Assembly (NCBI GenBank): GCA_002633005.1
Contig: NMRA01000196.1
Location: 269,632-333,631, forward strand
Length of the DNA stretch: 64,000 bases
Reading direction: 5' to 3'
From: Phoronis australis
Taxonomy: Eukaryota; Animalia; Phoronida
Shown piece by piece: positions 24,401 through 36,528 of this stretch; the first letter of the stretch is position 1; every line of letters starts with the position of its first letter. The position numbers were made by a program, and so were the translations under genes. Below the pieces are notes generated by a model. The model searched no databases, was not told where the DNA came from, and was given only the letters and a program-made list of their open reading frames with translations.

Positions 24401-26859
24401 ATAATTATACTGAGATGGGTAAGCGGCCTTAGGACTAGAAAATGAGCTAACGCATTACGGTAGCTTATCGCTTATTACACATACATCACTACTTCAGCAG
24501 TGTGTACACATTCAGCCTTTTGTTTGAAAACTTGGTCGAATTTGCAAACGAAATTTGCCCGTGTGGACGATTCGTCAAACACGACAAAACGTTCGGTAGA
24601 GTTTGCTAGCCATAGTTTCATGTAGATAGAATTAGATAGTGTAGTCAGGTTGCCCAACTTATCGAAATATTACAAAACTTCCGAGTTCGTTCGAGTTAGC
24701 CAGTGCATACGTAACTCAAAGTGTCGCTTTTAGTGTTCTGAGTACAGTTCCTATGTTTACATGTTTGTAGGCCCTTTCATATTGACTTAATCCGGTCTGA
24801 GCGGAGCGTCGACGTAAACAGCGCAGTTAACTGGACCGTTCATACTGGCTTCGGTAGTTAATGACCATCCAAGTAAAGGGTTGGTGACGCTGACGTCAAC
24901 GAAGTTATCGCAAGGTAGCGCTGCACGCTAAGATTTTTTTCAATGTGACAATTTGGAACATTTAAATGTGCTAAATGACATTAAACTCATATTCAAATCG
25001 ATTGGTTATCATTAAAGCAAAAAATAAGTAGTTATTAGTGACGGCACTACGCTGTAACTGTTGACGATAACAGTGGCACCTGGCGATAACTTTGATTGGA
25101 CCGGAGTTAAGCGTTCATACTGCACCGCAACGTCGACGCTGCGGTCTTAAATCCACCTATTAACTGCGATGTTAACTGGAGCTCTTAACTGTGATCCAGG
25201 ACCGGAGAAATGAGCTATACCAGGTATAGCTCATTGACCGGAGTTAAGCGTTCATACTGACCGCAACTCCCCAAACCATCGACGCGTCGACGTTAGTATG
25301 AAAGTCCCTTAAGATTTCATAAATGAAGGAGAGTGTCCCGGAGGCCAATTAGTGCAACCCCTTCTAGAAAATTCCAGAGGGTACATATACATGCACAGCG
25401 TACAGCTGTTTCTCTTTCATTGGTGAAATTGGCATTAGGCCGGTGCCAATGACAGTGTAAACGTAACCCTTGTAACTATTGACAAATCCCGTCGGCTACC
25501 CAAACTTCATTCGTCTTAAGCACAGGGTTGCAATATCCCTGTATTTTGCTTCTTGATTTAAAAACAATCAATATATACAGACAATGATCAATTTTTGTCA
25601 ATACCACTTGGCGTACATGTACATAATTTTTAAAGGACCTGCAGTCTCATCGGGTTGGATTGTTCCGCCGTACCGTTCCACAATAAAAGGGAATACTATA
25701 ATAACTGATTTTCATAGACGTATAAACAACTGCCAGAGACAAAAATCAGGTGTCCTCGACTGTACAGTTCTCCACAAGCAAATTACTCGCCCACGATTGG
25801 GAAAGTACAGTAACGTTAAGTGCCATCATCCTTCATACTTGAAGGGGGAGGAATTGAATCAGGGATCGGAGTAATGCGCATGATTTTAGTGGCTGTGATG
25901 TTCTGAGGGGGTAAAAAATTATTAGAAAACAAGAGTTCAGTCACCAGAAACAAGTACTGAGGTGATGTGAATAATGATTAATGATATGTGCATCATTGGA
26001 TAAACTGGGATCCGAGGCAAATAGTTTCAAGCTGTGCAGATAACGGTGAAACACAATGGTGCGAGACAAATTTTGACAACATGATGTCCGAATTACATAA
26101 CGTGAATTTCCGAGTGAAGAATCACAGGGAAGTCAAATTATTTGATTTTTTCAAGCATTAAACTTAGCAAAACTTCTGACCAGTTGCGGCAAAGAGAAAC
26201 CACAAGAGATTTGTTTTTAAACCTGTTCAAAATCACACTACAGGAAATGGCTTCCATCCCCAAATAAACATCCAAGACACAAGCAAGTAAAAATGAGTGA
26301 AATGTTTTCAATTCTGACAAGGTTGGGCAAGAGTTCCAATTGGCTCGTTTCGCTCATAACAGTCGCGTCTGGTCTTTAAACTCAGTGGTGATGGTTCAAC
26401 AGCAAGGGAAAAATTGATATCGGAGTGAATAAGCCTACCAAGCGCTTTCGCGATTGAGGAAATGTCCCGTTATTTTGAAAATCTTGCGATTTTCTTCCGC
26501 GACGTATACGTTCAACAAAATATGCATTGTTTACGTTTTATGTCTCGGTTACAACCCGAGCGTCAACATTTCGGGCCCCTGCTTCGGCGACAGAGACAGT
26601 ATTGAAGAGCGAAGTCAAATTGTCTTGTTACTTACACAGAGTACAAGGGAAAATCCTTACCTTCTATTTTTGTTGGTTCAAACCAGAAGTCCAACAAGCA
26701 TTTCTGACCGTCTCTCGTTAGTTTATGAATCTTCGCCCACTGCCAGTCTTGTATGTCCGGATACGTTCTAAATATATATTCATTATTTGGATCTGCTTCA
26801 TGAGGGACCTGATTTTGTGCTGACGATGCAGTGGACGTCATGGTGATCACGCTGGACAT
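3154..26859 (-). CDS. Class B1 (secretin-family) GPCR, CRF/DH44- or PDF-receptor-like; 10 coding exons, 1521 nt, 506 aa
   Basis: Exons 26661-26859, 15952-16062, 13271-13377, 12470-12588, 11318-11450, 10813-10966, 6562-6716, 4538-4664, 3809-3945 and 3154-3432 join through GT-AG introns with matching phases into one open frame. Six-Cys hormone-binding domain (QKC..FCDAVWDKFNCW..TPAG..CP..RDC..GTW..WTNYSLC). 7TM motifs SLQCTRVSIHKHL, WLCK, WTFVEG, LIGW, CW, VPLLGITN, QSLQGIFVSVIYCFLNGEV. The start codon is the least certain part. Confidence 0.95.
3809..3945 (-). CDS. GPCR exon 9 (ECL3, TM7)
   Basis: ctgtacag| (G)ITNFLFFYKPTDEHVTAYTYRVTNALMQSLQGIFVSVIYCFLNGE |gtaagt. Confidence 0.96.
4538..4664 (-). 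CDS. GPCR exon 8 (TM5, ICL3, TM6)
   Basis: tgtttcag| VNLCFLVIIISILVGKLTARNNVEAGQSSKAIRAIAVLVPLL G|gtgagc; PxxG motif. Confidence 0.95.
5300..6120 (-). mobile_element. Possible heavily decayed CR1/L2-type LINE RT fragment
   Basis: Broken minus-strand peptides resembling QGSVLGP (near 5900) and ILEY...WNP (near 5600-5650) appear in the expected order, with many stops and frameshifts. Boundaries are approximate. Confidence 0.3.
6562..6716 (-). CDS. GPCR exon 7 (TM4, ECL2, start of TM5)
   Basis: ttttccag| (V)GPLPFTLTWALCMHFYHDSERPGDFVADCWQDWSESPYTWIIAAPIAAALA |gtaagt. Confidence 0.95.
8548..9428 (-). mobile_element. Helentron-associated non-autonomous element (HINE; DINE-1/pearl-like)
   Basis: On the minus strand: T-rich start, hairpin ATGCGGCCACA...TGTGGACGCAT, (GTCC)n microsatellite (about 9325-9380), five diverged 135-165 bp core repeats, subterminal GGGCGCAT, palindrome CAACGC-TCC-GCGTTG, terminal TTCTTGTT. 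Confidence 0.8.
9904..10165. mobile_element. PIF/Harbinger-like MITE
   Basis: Imperfect terminal inverted repeats CTGGGGTCCGTTACAAGA ... TCATGAAACAGACCCCTG with CWG-type ends. Confidence 0.45.
10813..10966 (-). CDS. GPCR exon 6 (TM3, ICL2, start of TM4)
   Basis: cccttcag| EWLCKLLTALQNYTMIAIIFWTFVEGLFLTIRILMALSKEPRFAWFYLIGW G|gtaagc. Confidence 0.95.
11318..11450 (-). CDS. GPCR exon 5 (ICL1, TM2, ECL1)
   Basis: tgtttcag| SLQCTRVSIHKHLILSFIFRFIILIVMFEPFVSERELLYTYRNV |gtgagt. Confidence 0.95.
12470..12588 (-). CDS. GPCR exon 4 (stalk and TM1)
   Basis: ttttcag| DTIDQALIDQANTITDIYFIGGVISLFFLSLTLFIFCFF(K) |gtaagt, phase 2. Confidence 0.93.
13271..13377 (-). CDS. GPCR exon 3 (hormone-binding domain, C-terminal half)
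   Basis: ttttag| (E)AFGFRDCSENGTWTLGSWTNYSLCLEAYKKNRDQS |gtaact; tandem TAGAAG acceptor; NGT and NYS glycosylation sequons. Confidence 0.93.
13420..13830. repeat. Degenerate (AGT/AGC)n trinucleotide low-complexity tract
   Basis: Runs of agtagtagc/agcagt/agtcgt; explains the Ser-rich and Leu-rich spurious ORFs at 13388-13933. Confidence 0.85.
13807..14490. repeat. 241-bp near-identical duplication across a single-N contig join (13807-14047 and 14250-14490)
   Basis: The copies differ by one visible substitution, and the second starts immediately after the N at 14249. Confidence 0.9.
15952..16062 (-). CDS. GPCR exon 2 (hormone-binding domain)
   Basis: ttcttgcag| (G)PFCDAVWDKFNCWAATPAGERVQKKCPEFYGLPVSD G|gtaagc. 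Confidence 0.93.
16873..17097. mobile_element. MITE with CAG...CTG ends and 5-bp TSD (ACACG)
   Basis: CAGTGGTGGATT ... GGATCCGCCCCTG, ACACG on both sides, internal poly-G. Confidence 0.75.
17180..19592. repeat. About 900-bp near-identical duplication flanking an assembly gap (17180-18078 and 18692-19592)
   Basis: Copies differ by a handful of substitutions and a 2-bp indel; both abut the N run. Confidence 0.92.
18079..18691. other. Assembly gap (613 N)
   Basis: Run of N. Confidence 0.99.
20014..20081. mobile_element. 68-bp MITE with 5-bp TSD (TATAT)
   Basis: CATGGGCAGCTCAGCA ... TGTTGCGCCGCCCATG (13/16 inverted match), TATAT on both sides. Confidence 0.75.
21574..22118. mobile_element. 545-bp MITE with 5-bp TSD (CAATG)
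   Basis: CAGCGC...GCTAA start, TTAGCGCGCTG end, repeated subterminal GTCGCCAAA/TGGCGAC words, CAATG on both sides. Confidence 0.7.
22255..22340. repeat. (TATG)n microsatellite
   Basis: tgcatgtatgtatgtatgtatgta and variants. Confidence 0.85.
24769..25309. mobile_element. PIF/Harbinger-like MITE with internal repeats
   Basis: AGGCCCTTTCATATTGAC ... GTTAGTATGAAAGTCCCT inverted ends; internal word GACCGGAGTTAAGCGTTCATACTG occurs twice (about 25100 and 25236); several GTCGAC/GTTAAC palindromes. Confidence 0.65.
26661..26859 (-). CDS. GPCR coding exon 1 (N-terminus and first ECD cysteine)
   Basis: MSSVITMTST...GQKCLLDFWFEPTKIE then G|gtaagg, a phase-1 donor matching exon 2. It supplies the first conserved Cys. 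An in-frame TGA lies upstream of the ATG. Confidence 0.8.
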
Positions 26860-29800
26860 ACTCCAGTGGAGATGCGTCGTGCGATGATTATAACTCTGCA
26901 CAGTCGCGCGTCTTATCGAAAAACGTCATTTCAAAAATAACATACTTGAACCACGGAATTCGTCTCACGATAAACAATCCGTTGCGTATCCAATACTTCA
27001 GTAAATTAGTTTGTCTTTAGTTATCTTTAAGAGCTCCTAATTGGCTAATTAAAACACAAGATATCCTATCGACTGTAGCGATAATTTTGAACTTAAAGAA
27101 TAATATACATGTACGCTTGTTTTACTAAGGGCGGTTATCGTCGGAACTCTGAAAACACTCCTCCTCCAATGAAAAAGCGCAAACAACTGCAGATGTATTC
27201 CCTACGGAAATACGAAAGTCAGCTTGAGGTTCCCCGTCAGTGTTTTCATTAATTAAACACCCGTCACTGCTAAAACCATCTCAAATTCCAGCGCGCTCAC
27301 ACCAATTTGAGATTCTCCTATCACGCCAAGTGAAAAACACGGAGATGAAATGTTCGAACGACATATGAACCGACAAGTTTTCGAGGTGATCTCCCTGTTG
27401 TCGGTATGTTAACAAGCGCTCACGTACTCGAATAAATACTTCCGACTTTTCAACAAATCTTTGATTTTCTACGATTCTTTCGTTACATGGCAACGGGATT
27501 AGGGATTGGCCTCGCCCGGACAGGTGGAATTCACTTTCCGCGCCGCCTGAGTTTTCGCCAGGCAAGATTGCATCAATCCGCCTAGAATGATTATTTCACT
27601 ACGAGATCCAATAGTTGATTGGCAGACATCTGAATTGACCTCAGTATGTTTTTTTTTTCTTTCTGTATCACCGAACAAGAATAAAGACGTCGCTGTGTCG
27701 AGAGAATTGTTGCTCAATGACCCATTCGTTTTGCGATTTGTCGCTTGCCTTAGTCAAGTCTGAAATAAAATCACAATTAGTTATTATCAGTGAGTTACCA
27801 ACTTGTCAAACTACATAGGGTGTATACCTGTTACCCAGGCGATTGCTTCATTTTAAACAAAGAATTAACATTATTGTTTTATAAAATAGCAAAACAAATG
27901 TCGTATACAAATAGGAAAATATGCTGTCATTATTTTCATAAGAAAAAAGGAATGCAGAAAACATTACAAATTGTCTGCATTTATTTATCTTACTTGCCAT
28001 GTTTACTTTCTCATGAACAACACAAACTTATCACATTCTGTTTATTTTCTGTTGTCGCCGTAGCTGGCTACAGTACGATAGCGCCAATCGGAGAAAATTG
28101 GTTGGCAAATTATCAAATGTCTACAACGTGAAACCTGAGTGGTACCGAGTAACTTACTTTATTCTCAAGGAGATTTAACAGTGCCAGTTTCTTGTTTAAA
28201 CGAATGATATTTGTGAGTTAATAACAACAGCATGCGCCTTGCCAGAGGGGATTTACAGAGAACTATTTAAGATGGAGCAATTTGGGACAAAATTTGTAAG
28301 GATGCCGTCACTTTTGATACCGGCTAAATTTCACGCCAATACATGCTATTTGCAATTGTTCCGTGACAGCCGTGCGATGGTCACGCAAATGATTTTACGG
28401 CGTTTTACCACAATTTCAAAAGGAAATAAATCATTTTAAAGGGTTTTTTTCGTGTACATTCTTTAAATTTGTTCATAAGCACACAAATCGCTGTGACACG
28501 AAAGCAACGCTCTACAACTCACGCGACAAACATTTCTTCTGAGAAAAACAATTAAAATCGCGCACTGTAGAGATCAAGTTTCGCTGGAGCCATGAGCGAT
28601 ATTGGGGAGAAGCCACCAGGTGGCGAGAGGGGCGCCATCGCCTGTAGGATCCCAAGAACAACCAAAACAGCACTCGTGAATCCGCTCAAACACTTCTAAA
28701 AAGGGAAGCATCATAAACGAAGACCAAGTCTCGGAACCATGGATAACGTCAAATGATATGACCGACAAATCCAAAAAAGCAAGATATCCTCTCATTGTAC
28801 AAACTGTCGTAGTGTGCTTTGCGGCAAATTTCTTGTTTATGAGGTTGAACAATCTGGCGTGACCCTAAAGTCTGTGCAGATCACCGAAGCTTGTTATTGT
28901 ATACAGTATCAAAATGCAATTGGGTACAGTGGCGGGTTGTAGGGGTAGGGACTTGGCGAAAATAGCGATGTTTTGGGGGATATATCAATACATGTATAAA
29001 GACCTTGACATTGCATACTACTCGGGTGTTAAAAATGGACAGCGACAATGGCTATTGACAAATAGAATGCAAGTGATTGGTGAGTTGTCGCCAGTGCCAG
29101 TGCCATGGTAGGACAGCTTACAATCTTCGTCTTCGACATCCAGCTGTTTTCCAACATAATTGTTGTGAAAAGAACTTTGGCGCACCCACAAAATTACGAC
29201 AGATTGTGCACAAACTGTAGTATTTGAGGATTACTGTAGTATGTGCAACTCTGTAAACCTCAAGTTGCCCCAATGAAGAACCGCAACAATTTGTGCTTTA
29301 AAAGTCTGCAAACTGACAAAACTTGAGGGTTGCAACTGCCTGAGGAGCGACAGTTTGTGGTCTTACAAAGAGTGAAATTCGTTAGCCAAACAATGACGAA
29401 CAAAACTGAGTTGGAAAATAATAGCATAACCGATTCTTGAAGCAAGTACGTTACAACGTATCAAACTACATCAACAGAATACGAGTCGAACGAGCTTCGA
29501 GAAAGTTAAATAGTATTTGATCATACAATAACAGGATAATCATGTCCAATTGTATTGGTCTGACAGGCAATACAGCACGCTTTGCATGATTCTAATACTC
29601 AAACACTCTTAGACATGTTAATGTATTTTCTTTTAAAAGATAAATCCGTCGTGTTCCTACTCGTGGTGGTTGTTGAAACGTATAGAGTAAATTGTTTAAG
29701 AGAATATACAAATTTATGAACGTAACTGTTTATGAATGAATAAATGTGCACAATACCCATGTGAAAATTTCAAACAAATTCGTTCTTTTTTACATCTAGG

Positions 29801-32800
29801 CCCTAAATACCAAATGAAGACTACAAAACAAGCACGCCACGAGGATTGAATTGGTTTCTGCAGTTGGCCGATGTAAGTTTCCAAAGAACTCCGAAAATAA
29901 CTTGCTAGATGAACTTTAAAGGTATAAAAAGCACCGTGTATTATGTTTGACTCCACTCGAACGTTATCAGCACAAAGCACATGTGAAGGTCAAGGCGAAG
30001 TTCTTGACCCTAGCTTGAGATTAGACACATGAGAGGTCTATTCCATACGCCGATAGGGAGAGCTTTGTGACCTTTTGAGGTAAGTGGTTAATTTGCAAAA
30101 ACATCGACGCTTCCACCAAAACACTCGCGGTCGGTTTCTACATGAATGGCTCTGGCGCTTTGTATGCTGTTGAGCAAACTGGCAGTGATATGCAAGCTAG
30201 CTGGGGAACATGTTCAAGCGAAGGACGAGACTGCTCCAAAGAAACCATCCAAGGAAACTAGAGAAACAGTGATAACAACGCATTCATCAAAAAGCACAAG
30301 AACTAAACCTGTGTTGTATCAATGCGCCTAAAAATACGCAGAATCATTTAGCTAAGCACTGTCGCTATTGGAACTTGTCTATAATTGTTGAACACTTAAA
30401 CAAAATACTTAAGTGTAAATGCACGTGTACATGTATGCATTTAGAAATTTTATCCGCAAGTAAAATATCCGCTTTCCCGTATGAAATTTGAGTTATTCAA
30501 ATGAATGTTACACGGCCTCAAGTCACAAAAAGTTGTTTTCGAGAGACTTTAATTCCCTGCCATTACCCAGTTGCAGCGTCCCATTACTCGTAGAAAGCCA
30601 ATGGGGAAGTAGTTTTGTCAAGTCAAAGAAAGTTGTTCAATAAGTCGATCGATTTAATTTTGGGAGCATCTTGTTGCAAAAGGAATTAATCAATCGAAGT
30701 CTGTGAATCATTATTTAAAACGCTTTAACCTATCGATTTACACCACGGTATTTATTTATTTTTTGTTGTTATTTCCTTAATTACATATGTCTGCAAGCTC
30801 GGGGGTGAAGCCCGACCGCTTTTTTACGTAGGGCTCACGACGATATTTTCCGTCTAAATTTTTGGTTTCCCCCACCCCACCTCTTCCCCTCACCCCTTAT
30901 AACGGCATACTAGACCGCCGCCAGTGTCGCCGTTGAATTGCAGTCCTTTAAACATTATGTCGTTTGCAGGTACAGTCCGATAAAGCGTACGTGTGTGGGG
31001 GTAATTAGCAACGCCATAAATCCCTATTACCAACGTCATCTGCATACATTCTTCAGGGCACCCTACCATGGAAATACTTACCGCTAGAGTCTTCGCTCCT
31101 TATCTCATGACAAAAAGCAGGGGCGTAGCTTCTATCCTGTCTATATACCGACCAACGCGCGTAGAGCTACGCATGTGCATGCCATTAAGTGTAGCTATGG
31201 AAGTGTCAGGAATGACGTATGAATTTGCTGTGACTTCTTTCAAATGCTTGTAACCAAACGAGTGCCCCGTTTAATCAAGTCAGTTTCACTCCTCAGAACA
31301 CATGTTACATACATGCAAACATTTACAAGTGTGTATTCTGTAATCGGATCAAGGGTTTGTTGCGTCGTTGACCGACTGTCTAGCTGTGCGTCTCTTTAAG
31401 CAAAACGCTCCGTCAAACGAACCAGCACAGTGCTGAACAAACTTGTGACTATGTATCTGTAGATAAAATAATAGTTTAAGAGAATTTGAGTGTTTACCGT
31501 ATGCACGTCCACTTGTATGCTCAAGCGCAAGCGATTGATCGAATGTTCGTGTCCCACTTCACGGTACTACATGTTCATGTAGCTTAACCGTCAACTTCAT
31601 CCTGGAGTTATGACTGAATGTCATGTTTGCTCTTCATTTATTCCACCAACCAGGAAATTTCATTCAACCAATCAATCTAAAGTGGCCCAATGGCCCAAAA
31701 GCTATTTTTTTACAAAGTCGGGCATGACTGACAACTTACGTGGAGACACATAGGCCTGCACTACTAAACAGTCGGCATCTTGTGTTGTATGGCTCGCGAT
31801 GACTCTTTGATTCAGTTTTTGTTCATTTGTGCTCCGTTTCTTTTTGTTGAAAAGATTCCTCATCAGAGGTCACTAACCTATAGCGAAATAGTCTTCCTAT
31901 CAAACGACTGGGTTACCGCGAGAATGTTCCTTGAGTTTCGAAGGAAAAATATTCGCGCAACATTTGAAAACGCCCTTGCTTCTCCTCTCGTAATTCGTCT
32001 TTAGTCATGCACACACTATATGATTTACAAGCGAACTAGAGCAACTGAATGCCCATCGGTCAGCCGTACGTCCACACTACACACTCTGTACGTACATGTA
32101 CGTAACTAGGTCAAAGTCTATCTGGCACTACGAGTACTTCCGCTTTGATTGCGTTATTGCTTCCACACTGCGACATGCGCTGGGGGAGGTCGACCGTAAA
32201 ACACGGTAGCCGTGGACCAAGCTAACAAACTTGCGTCAAGTTGCCCGAGCCCATAGCGCCCGAACTAATTTAATACCAAACCTAACGACAAGTCGTTCCA
32301 GGAGTAAGTTGTTCTGGGGCAACTCGTAGTGTGGACGGCCCTCACATTATTAAGCAGGGTTGTAATTGACGCAACTAGAGCACGGATGCTCGGAAATTGC
32401 CCTCGCTGATATGATTACACTTGGCGAGGTGCCTTCTGTTGTAATGAATTTGCTGTTGGATGAAAGCTGTCAGTCGACGTGATTTTTTTAAACTAATGAT
32501 CCCCTGGAAACCTAAATGTACCATGTTTGGGAGTTATACTAAAGCGTCTATAAACCCGCGTTTCGTCCAAGTGACGAACGTTTCGTTTACACCATTTTCC
32601 GATATAAAATTGGTATTAACTCGTTCTTTACTCAGATAAAAAATGAGGCTTTGCAAAGAACGGCTGCCAGTTAGTAATTGAGTAATTGAGGGCAAGCTCC
32701 TCGCATAAACTGACACGCCGTGACAAGCCAACTGGTAGGGCCTTACCTCAAGCGGTATCAGACTGCTTAAACAACCAGCCTAACGTACCTAAACATAGTC

Positions 32801-35303
32801 AAAGAGTTCCCAACACGCATTTTTCAAATTTTTGAGGTTTTAGCTAGCTAATAAAAATCTTACTAAAGAAAAAAAGACATTGTACTCGTGATTTTTTTAA
32901 ATTTTTAGAAAAATTGGTTATAATCAAGTTTCCCGTCAAATGATGTAGTGGTGTGATCAATTGGCAAGCATTTGTAATAGCGGAACATCGCAGATGAGAA
33001 GGTGAGGACGATTTTGAGCGAGAACTGGAAAGTAATCATGCAAAAGCTGCCACAGTCAAGCCTCATCACTAATTGCCATGATGCAATGAGCACGGTCTAA
33101 ACACAGTGCTTAAACCTACGTGTCGTAGTACTCGATCAGGGCCGGGGAAGCAGTAATTTGCAAATACACTTACAAGGTGGCGAGTCCTTCATCGTAACAC
33201 TGCTTTTTTGTTTGATCGAAACACGATTCTTTGAAATGTGCCTAACAAAGGGTGGCTTCCGACCGAAAAGCATGTTCCACACTGGCATTCCAAAATCACG
33301 TTCGGCGCACAAACCTATGCCATTTCTGTGCAACTTACACGTCTCTAGGAAATGTGAACACACTTTTTCATGTCTATAAAAACCGGCGAGTCTCCACGGA
33401 CTTGCCACACAAAAAGTGACACAACTCTTCAATATCGCACTGATAAAAACAACAATGGCGGAGACAGTCTTCCACCCATTACGTACAACCCCAATAACAG
33501 ATTTTTTTTAAAAAAATGGCTTGTTTCTTAGCAACAGGTAAGGTAAAGGTTATTAAATATCGATGCATTAATAATATTCTTTTTGAGACACAGGGTAATG
33601 GTGGGAAAACTGGTAACCAACCGCAGTAAATTGCCAGTATTCCCACTGGATCGGACTATAGCGAAATTGGCCAAACGAGACGCTTGTTCAAGTTGCATTG
33701 TCTTTAGTGTTCAGAGGTTCCACTGGGTTTTTGAAACGCCGGTTAAATTCCGGTTCCCGAAGATAATCGTCCGCCATTTAAACCAAAGAGGACTAAAAAC
33801 TGAACCCGGCAACGCCGTATGACCAACGTCACATGGTGCACACTAAACTGTGCATGGATTTCTGCTTTTTCTATTCATTTTTCGAACCTTTCACTCGCAA
33901 TTTCGAGTCCACAGGGTGTAACGGTAGTCGCCAATGTAGGTGGTCGCCGGGGACATCATGTTGTTGGCGTCCACCGCAGTGCTCTAGAAATGACGCAATA
34001 CCACGCAACAAATATATCATTCAAAATTGAAACATTTTTCTTTTAGTTTTAAATGCCAAATCCCTGCCTTGTTCACATCGGAAGTCGACGTAATTGGTGT
34101 TCTCTACATGCGACAGTAGAACACGCATGCATTCAGTGCCAAAGAAGCAAACCCGAATCACCCAATAATGGAATTCTAAATTAAGTCGAAGTGTTTCGAG
34201 GCTTTTTTATTTTTTGCAGAGCTATATCAAGTTATTGAATATTATTCTATGTTAGACACAAGATTTTTTCCGTGCAAAATTTGCACTGCATCATTCTCGC
34301 GCATTAATACGTCTTCTACCTGGGCATACAAAAGTCGCGGAAGTTATTTTAACAGGAAGATTTTCAGTTTGTCATGGTGACAAAAATTGAACAGCGCAAA
34401 TATGTAGACGGAATTAGCGCTAATATTTAGCTAGTTTGCATCTCCAACGACATTTGTATCGCAGGTGAGTAGGTATTTTTCAACGTGTGTTCTCCTATTT
34501 CAAATTGCAAACTTAGCTACTCGAACACACGTATCACTTTGAGAGTGCCTATTTAATTCAAACGTCGGCAACTAGACTTCGAATCGGTGTACTTCAGTTG
34601 CTCAAATATTTTGCCCAATCTAAGGTCCGACGCAGATAAAAAACTCCGGTAAACTGATCGCGGTCACGTCAAATCGAGGAGAACATTTCACTGCCGTTGA
34701 CATTTTTTCGGTGGATTACGTTTTCCAGCTGACTTACGCCGCCAGCCTAGTAAATTTAATACAGGTTGCTAAAAATCCTATCTTCTGAAGGTAGTAAATT
34801 TGATACCGTAGTAAAGTTAGTAGCTAGTAAGAGGCTTTTCCCACGTAAGTTAGACCGCTTGCGGTCAGTAAAGAATGTTAGGCCGAGGGAATAAGGACTC
34901 AGTGGGAAAGCATCTTGAGCTTCAAACACTAATAATTTTTTGAAGCCCTGAAATAACCTTTATTTAATTTTACTCTTGAACAATTTGAGGACCGATGTCT
35001 TAAAATATTAAGTATCTAAATCAAGAGTTGACGCGATGGAGGACGGGTTTTTCTTCGTAACTTTAAGTTAACTGAAGTTAACTGTCACGATAATCGTGAC
35101 CTGCATGTATACGTTTGTTTCCTTCGTTAATGTTACAAACCGGTGTTTCGTGTAGGTTCCGTTGACAAGCTGTCTTTTTCAATTGTAAGCATACTTCGTC
35201 AGGTAATTATCGATGAGACGCATGAGATCCGTTCCTAGCAACTGGTGGTTGTTGTCAAGTGGCACTGGTTTATGGCGGTGGTATGCCTAACAATGCACAT
35301 TGG

Positions 35304-35382
35304 TCAAAGCAACTATATATGTAAGCAAGTCAAAGCAACTATTCCTAAGCACATCAAAGCAACTATAGGTATGCACGTCAAA
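35304..35382. repeat. Minisatellite, 3 units of 24-26 bp
   Basis: TCAAAGCAACTAT core repeated three times with diverged tails. Confidence 0.75.
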
Positions 35383-36264
35383 AATTTGAATTGCATTAGC
35401 TGGTAATAAAGTAAGAGAATTAAGAATACGTCGGATTTTTCTTAAATAACTTGAAGCGTGATTTTTTCATATTGACTTTTTGTTGCTAAGGCAACCTAAT
35501 ATACTGAAACAATTTTTGACACATCATATGGCATGATCTCAAAAAATGATTCAAAAAAGATAAGTTACTCCACGATTCCACACTCTCAGTGTCACAACAC
35601 TGGGTCATTTTGCGTTCCCATCAATAGCATGGCAAATGTGACAACATTTTAAACGTATCAAAATCATATTGACCTGATATGTCGATACATTGGACCTATT
35701 CGGCACTAAAGGTGAAAATAGGCATTGAAACGATTGTCGTATTATCAGTCACCATGTCAACAGCCCGCAAACATCCCAGTTTCTATCAACCCCGTCATTG
35801 ACACTTTTGTCTTTTGCCACAGTTGCATTCTCGTCATTTCCGTAGCTTGTAAGGAAAAAAGCGGTGTCGTTGTCCCCCTCCACCCGGTCGCAAGCTACCT
35901 TGCATAACATAGTAGGTAAACTCAAAGCGTGCATTGAAAGCGAAGAACTTTAGCGTCATCAAACATATCAAACTCGAATTGAACTTCGAATATTAACCAG
36001 CGAACGTCGACAAATTACGACCGTGTGAACATGTTTATCTGCAGAAAAACACGTCGAATACAATTGCACGGAAATCAGGAAATCAAGTCCTTCGAAAGAA
36101 CTTATTCACTCAAAGATTCCATTTTTATTCTTTTATAACACAGCCATTTTTACTTTTCAATACAAGCGGTGTACTCGTGAACTAAAGCAATCAGTTAGCT
36201 AATTGGCTCACTTCATGACGTAATTAGGTAAAAAACTGAGAGCACAAAATGTCTGATTCATCGG

Positions 36265-36528
36265 TGTAAGAGAAAGGTAAAAAGAGGCGAAATATAACCG
36301 GTAAGACAGTTAACGGTTCCTTAAATATGTCAAGGGAATTCAAATTGGTTCTTTGTAAGAGAAAGTAAAAAAGAGGCGAACTATAACCGGTAAGACAGTT
36401 AACGTTTCCTTAAATATGTCAAGGAAATTCAAATTGGTTCGTTGTAAGAGAAAGATAAAAAGAGGCGAAATATAACAGGTAAGACAGTTCACGGTTCCTT
36501 AAATATGTCAAGGGAATTCAAATTGGTT
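36265..36528. repeat. Tandem repeat, 3 x 89 bp
   Basis: Units start with TGTAAGAGAAAG at 36265, 36354 and 36443 and differ by few substitutions. Confidence 0.92.

Noticed and set aside
35304-35382. CRISPR-like pattern of a constant 13-mer with variable spacers
   Set aside because: The repeat and spacers are far too short, the spacers resemble each other, the context is eukaryotic and there are no cas genes; it is a minisatellite.
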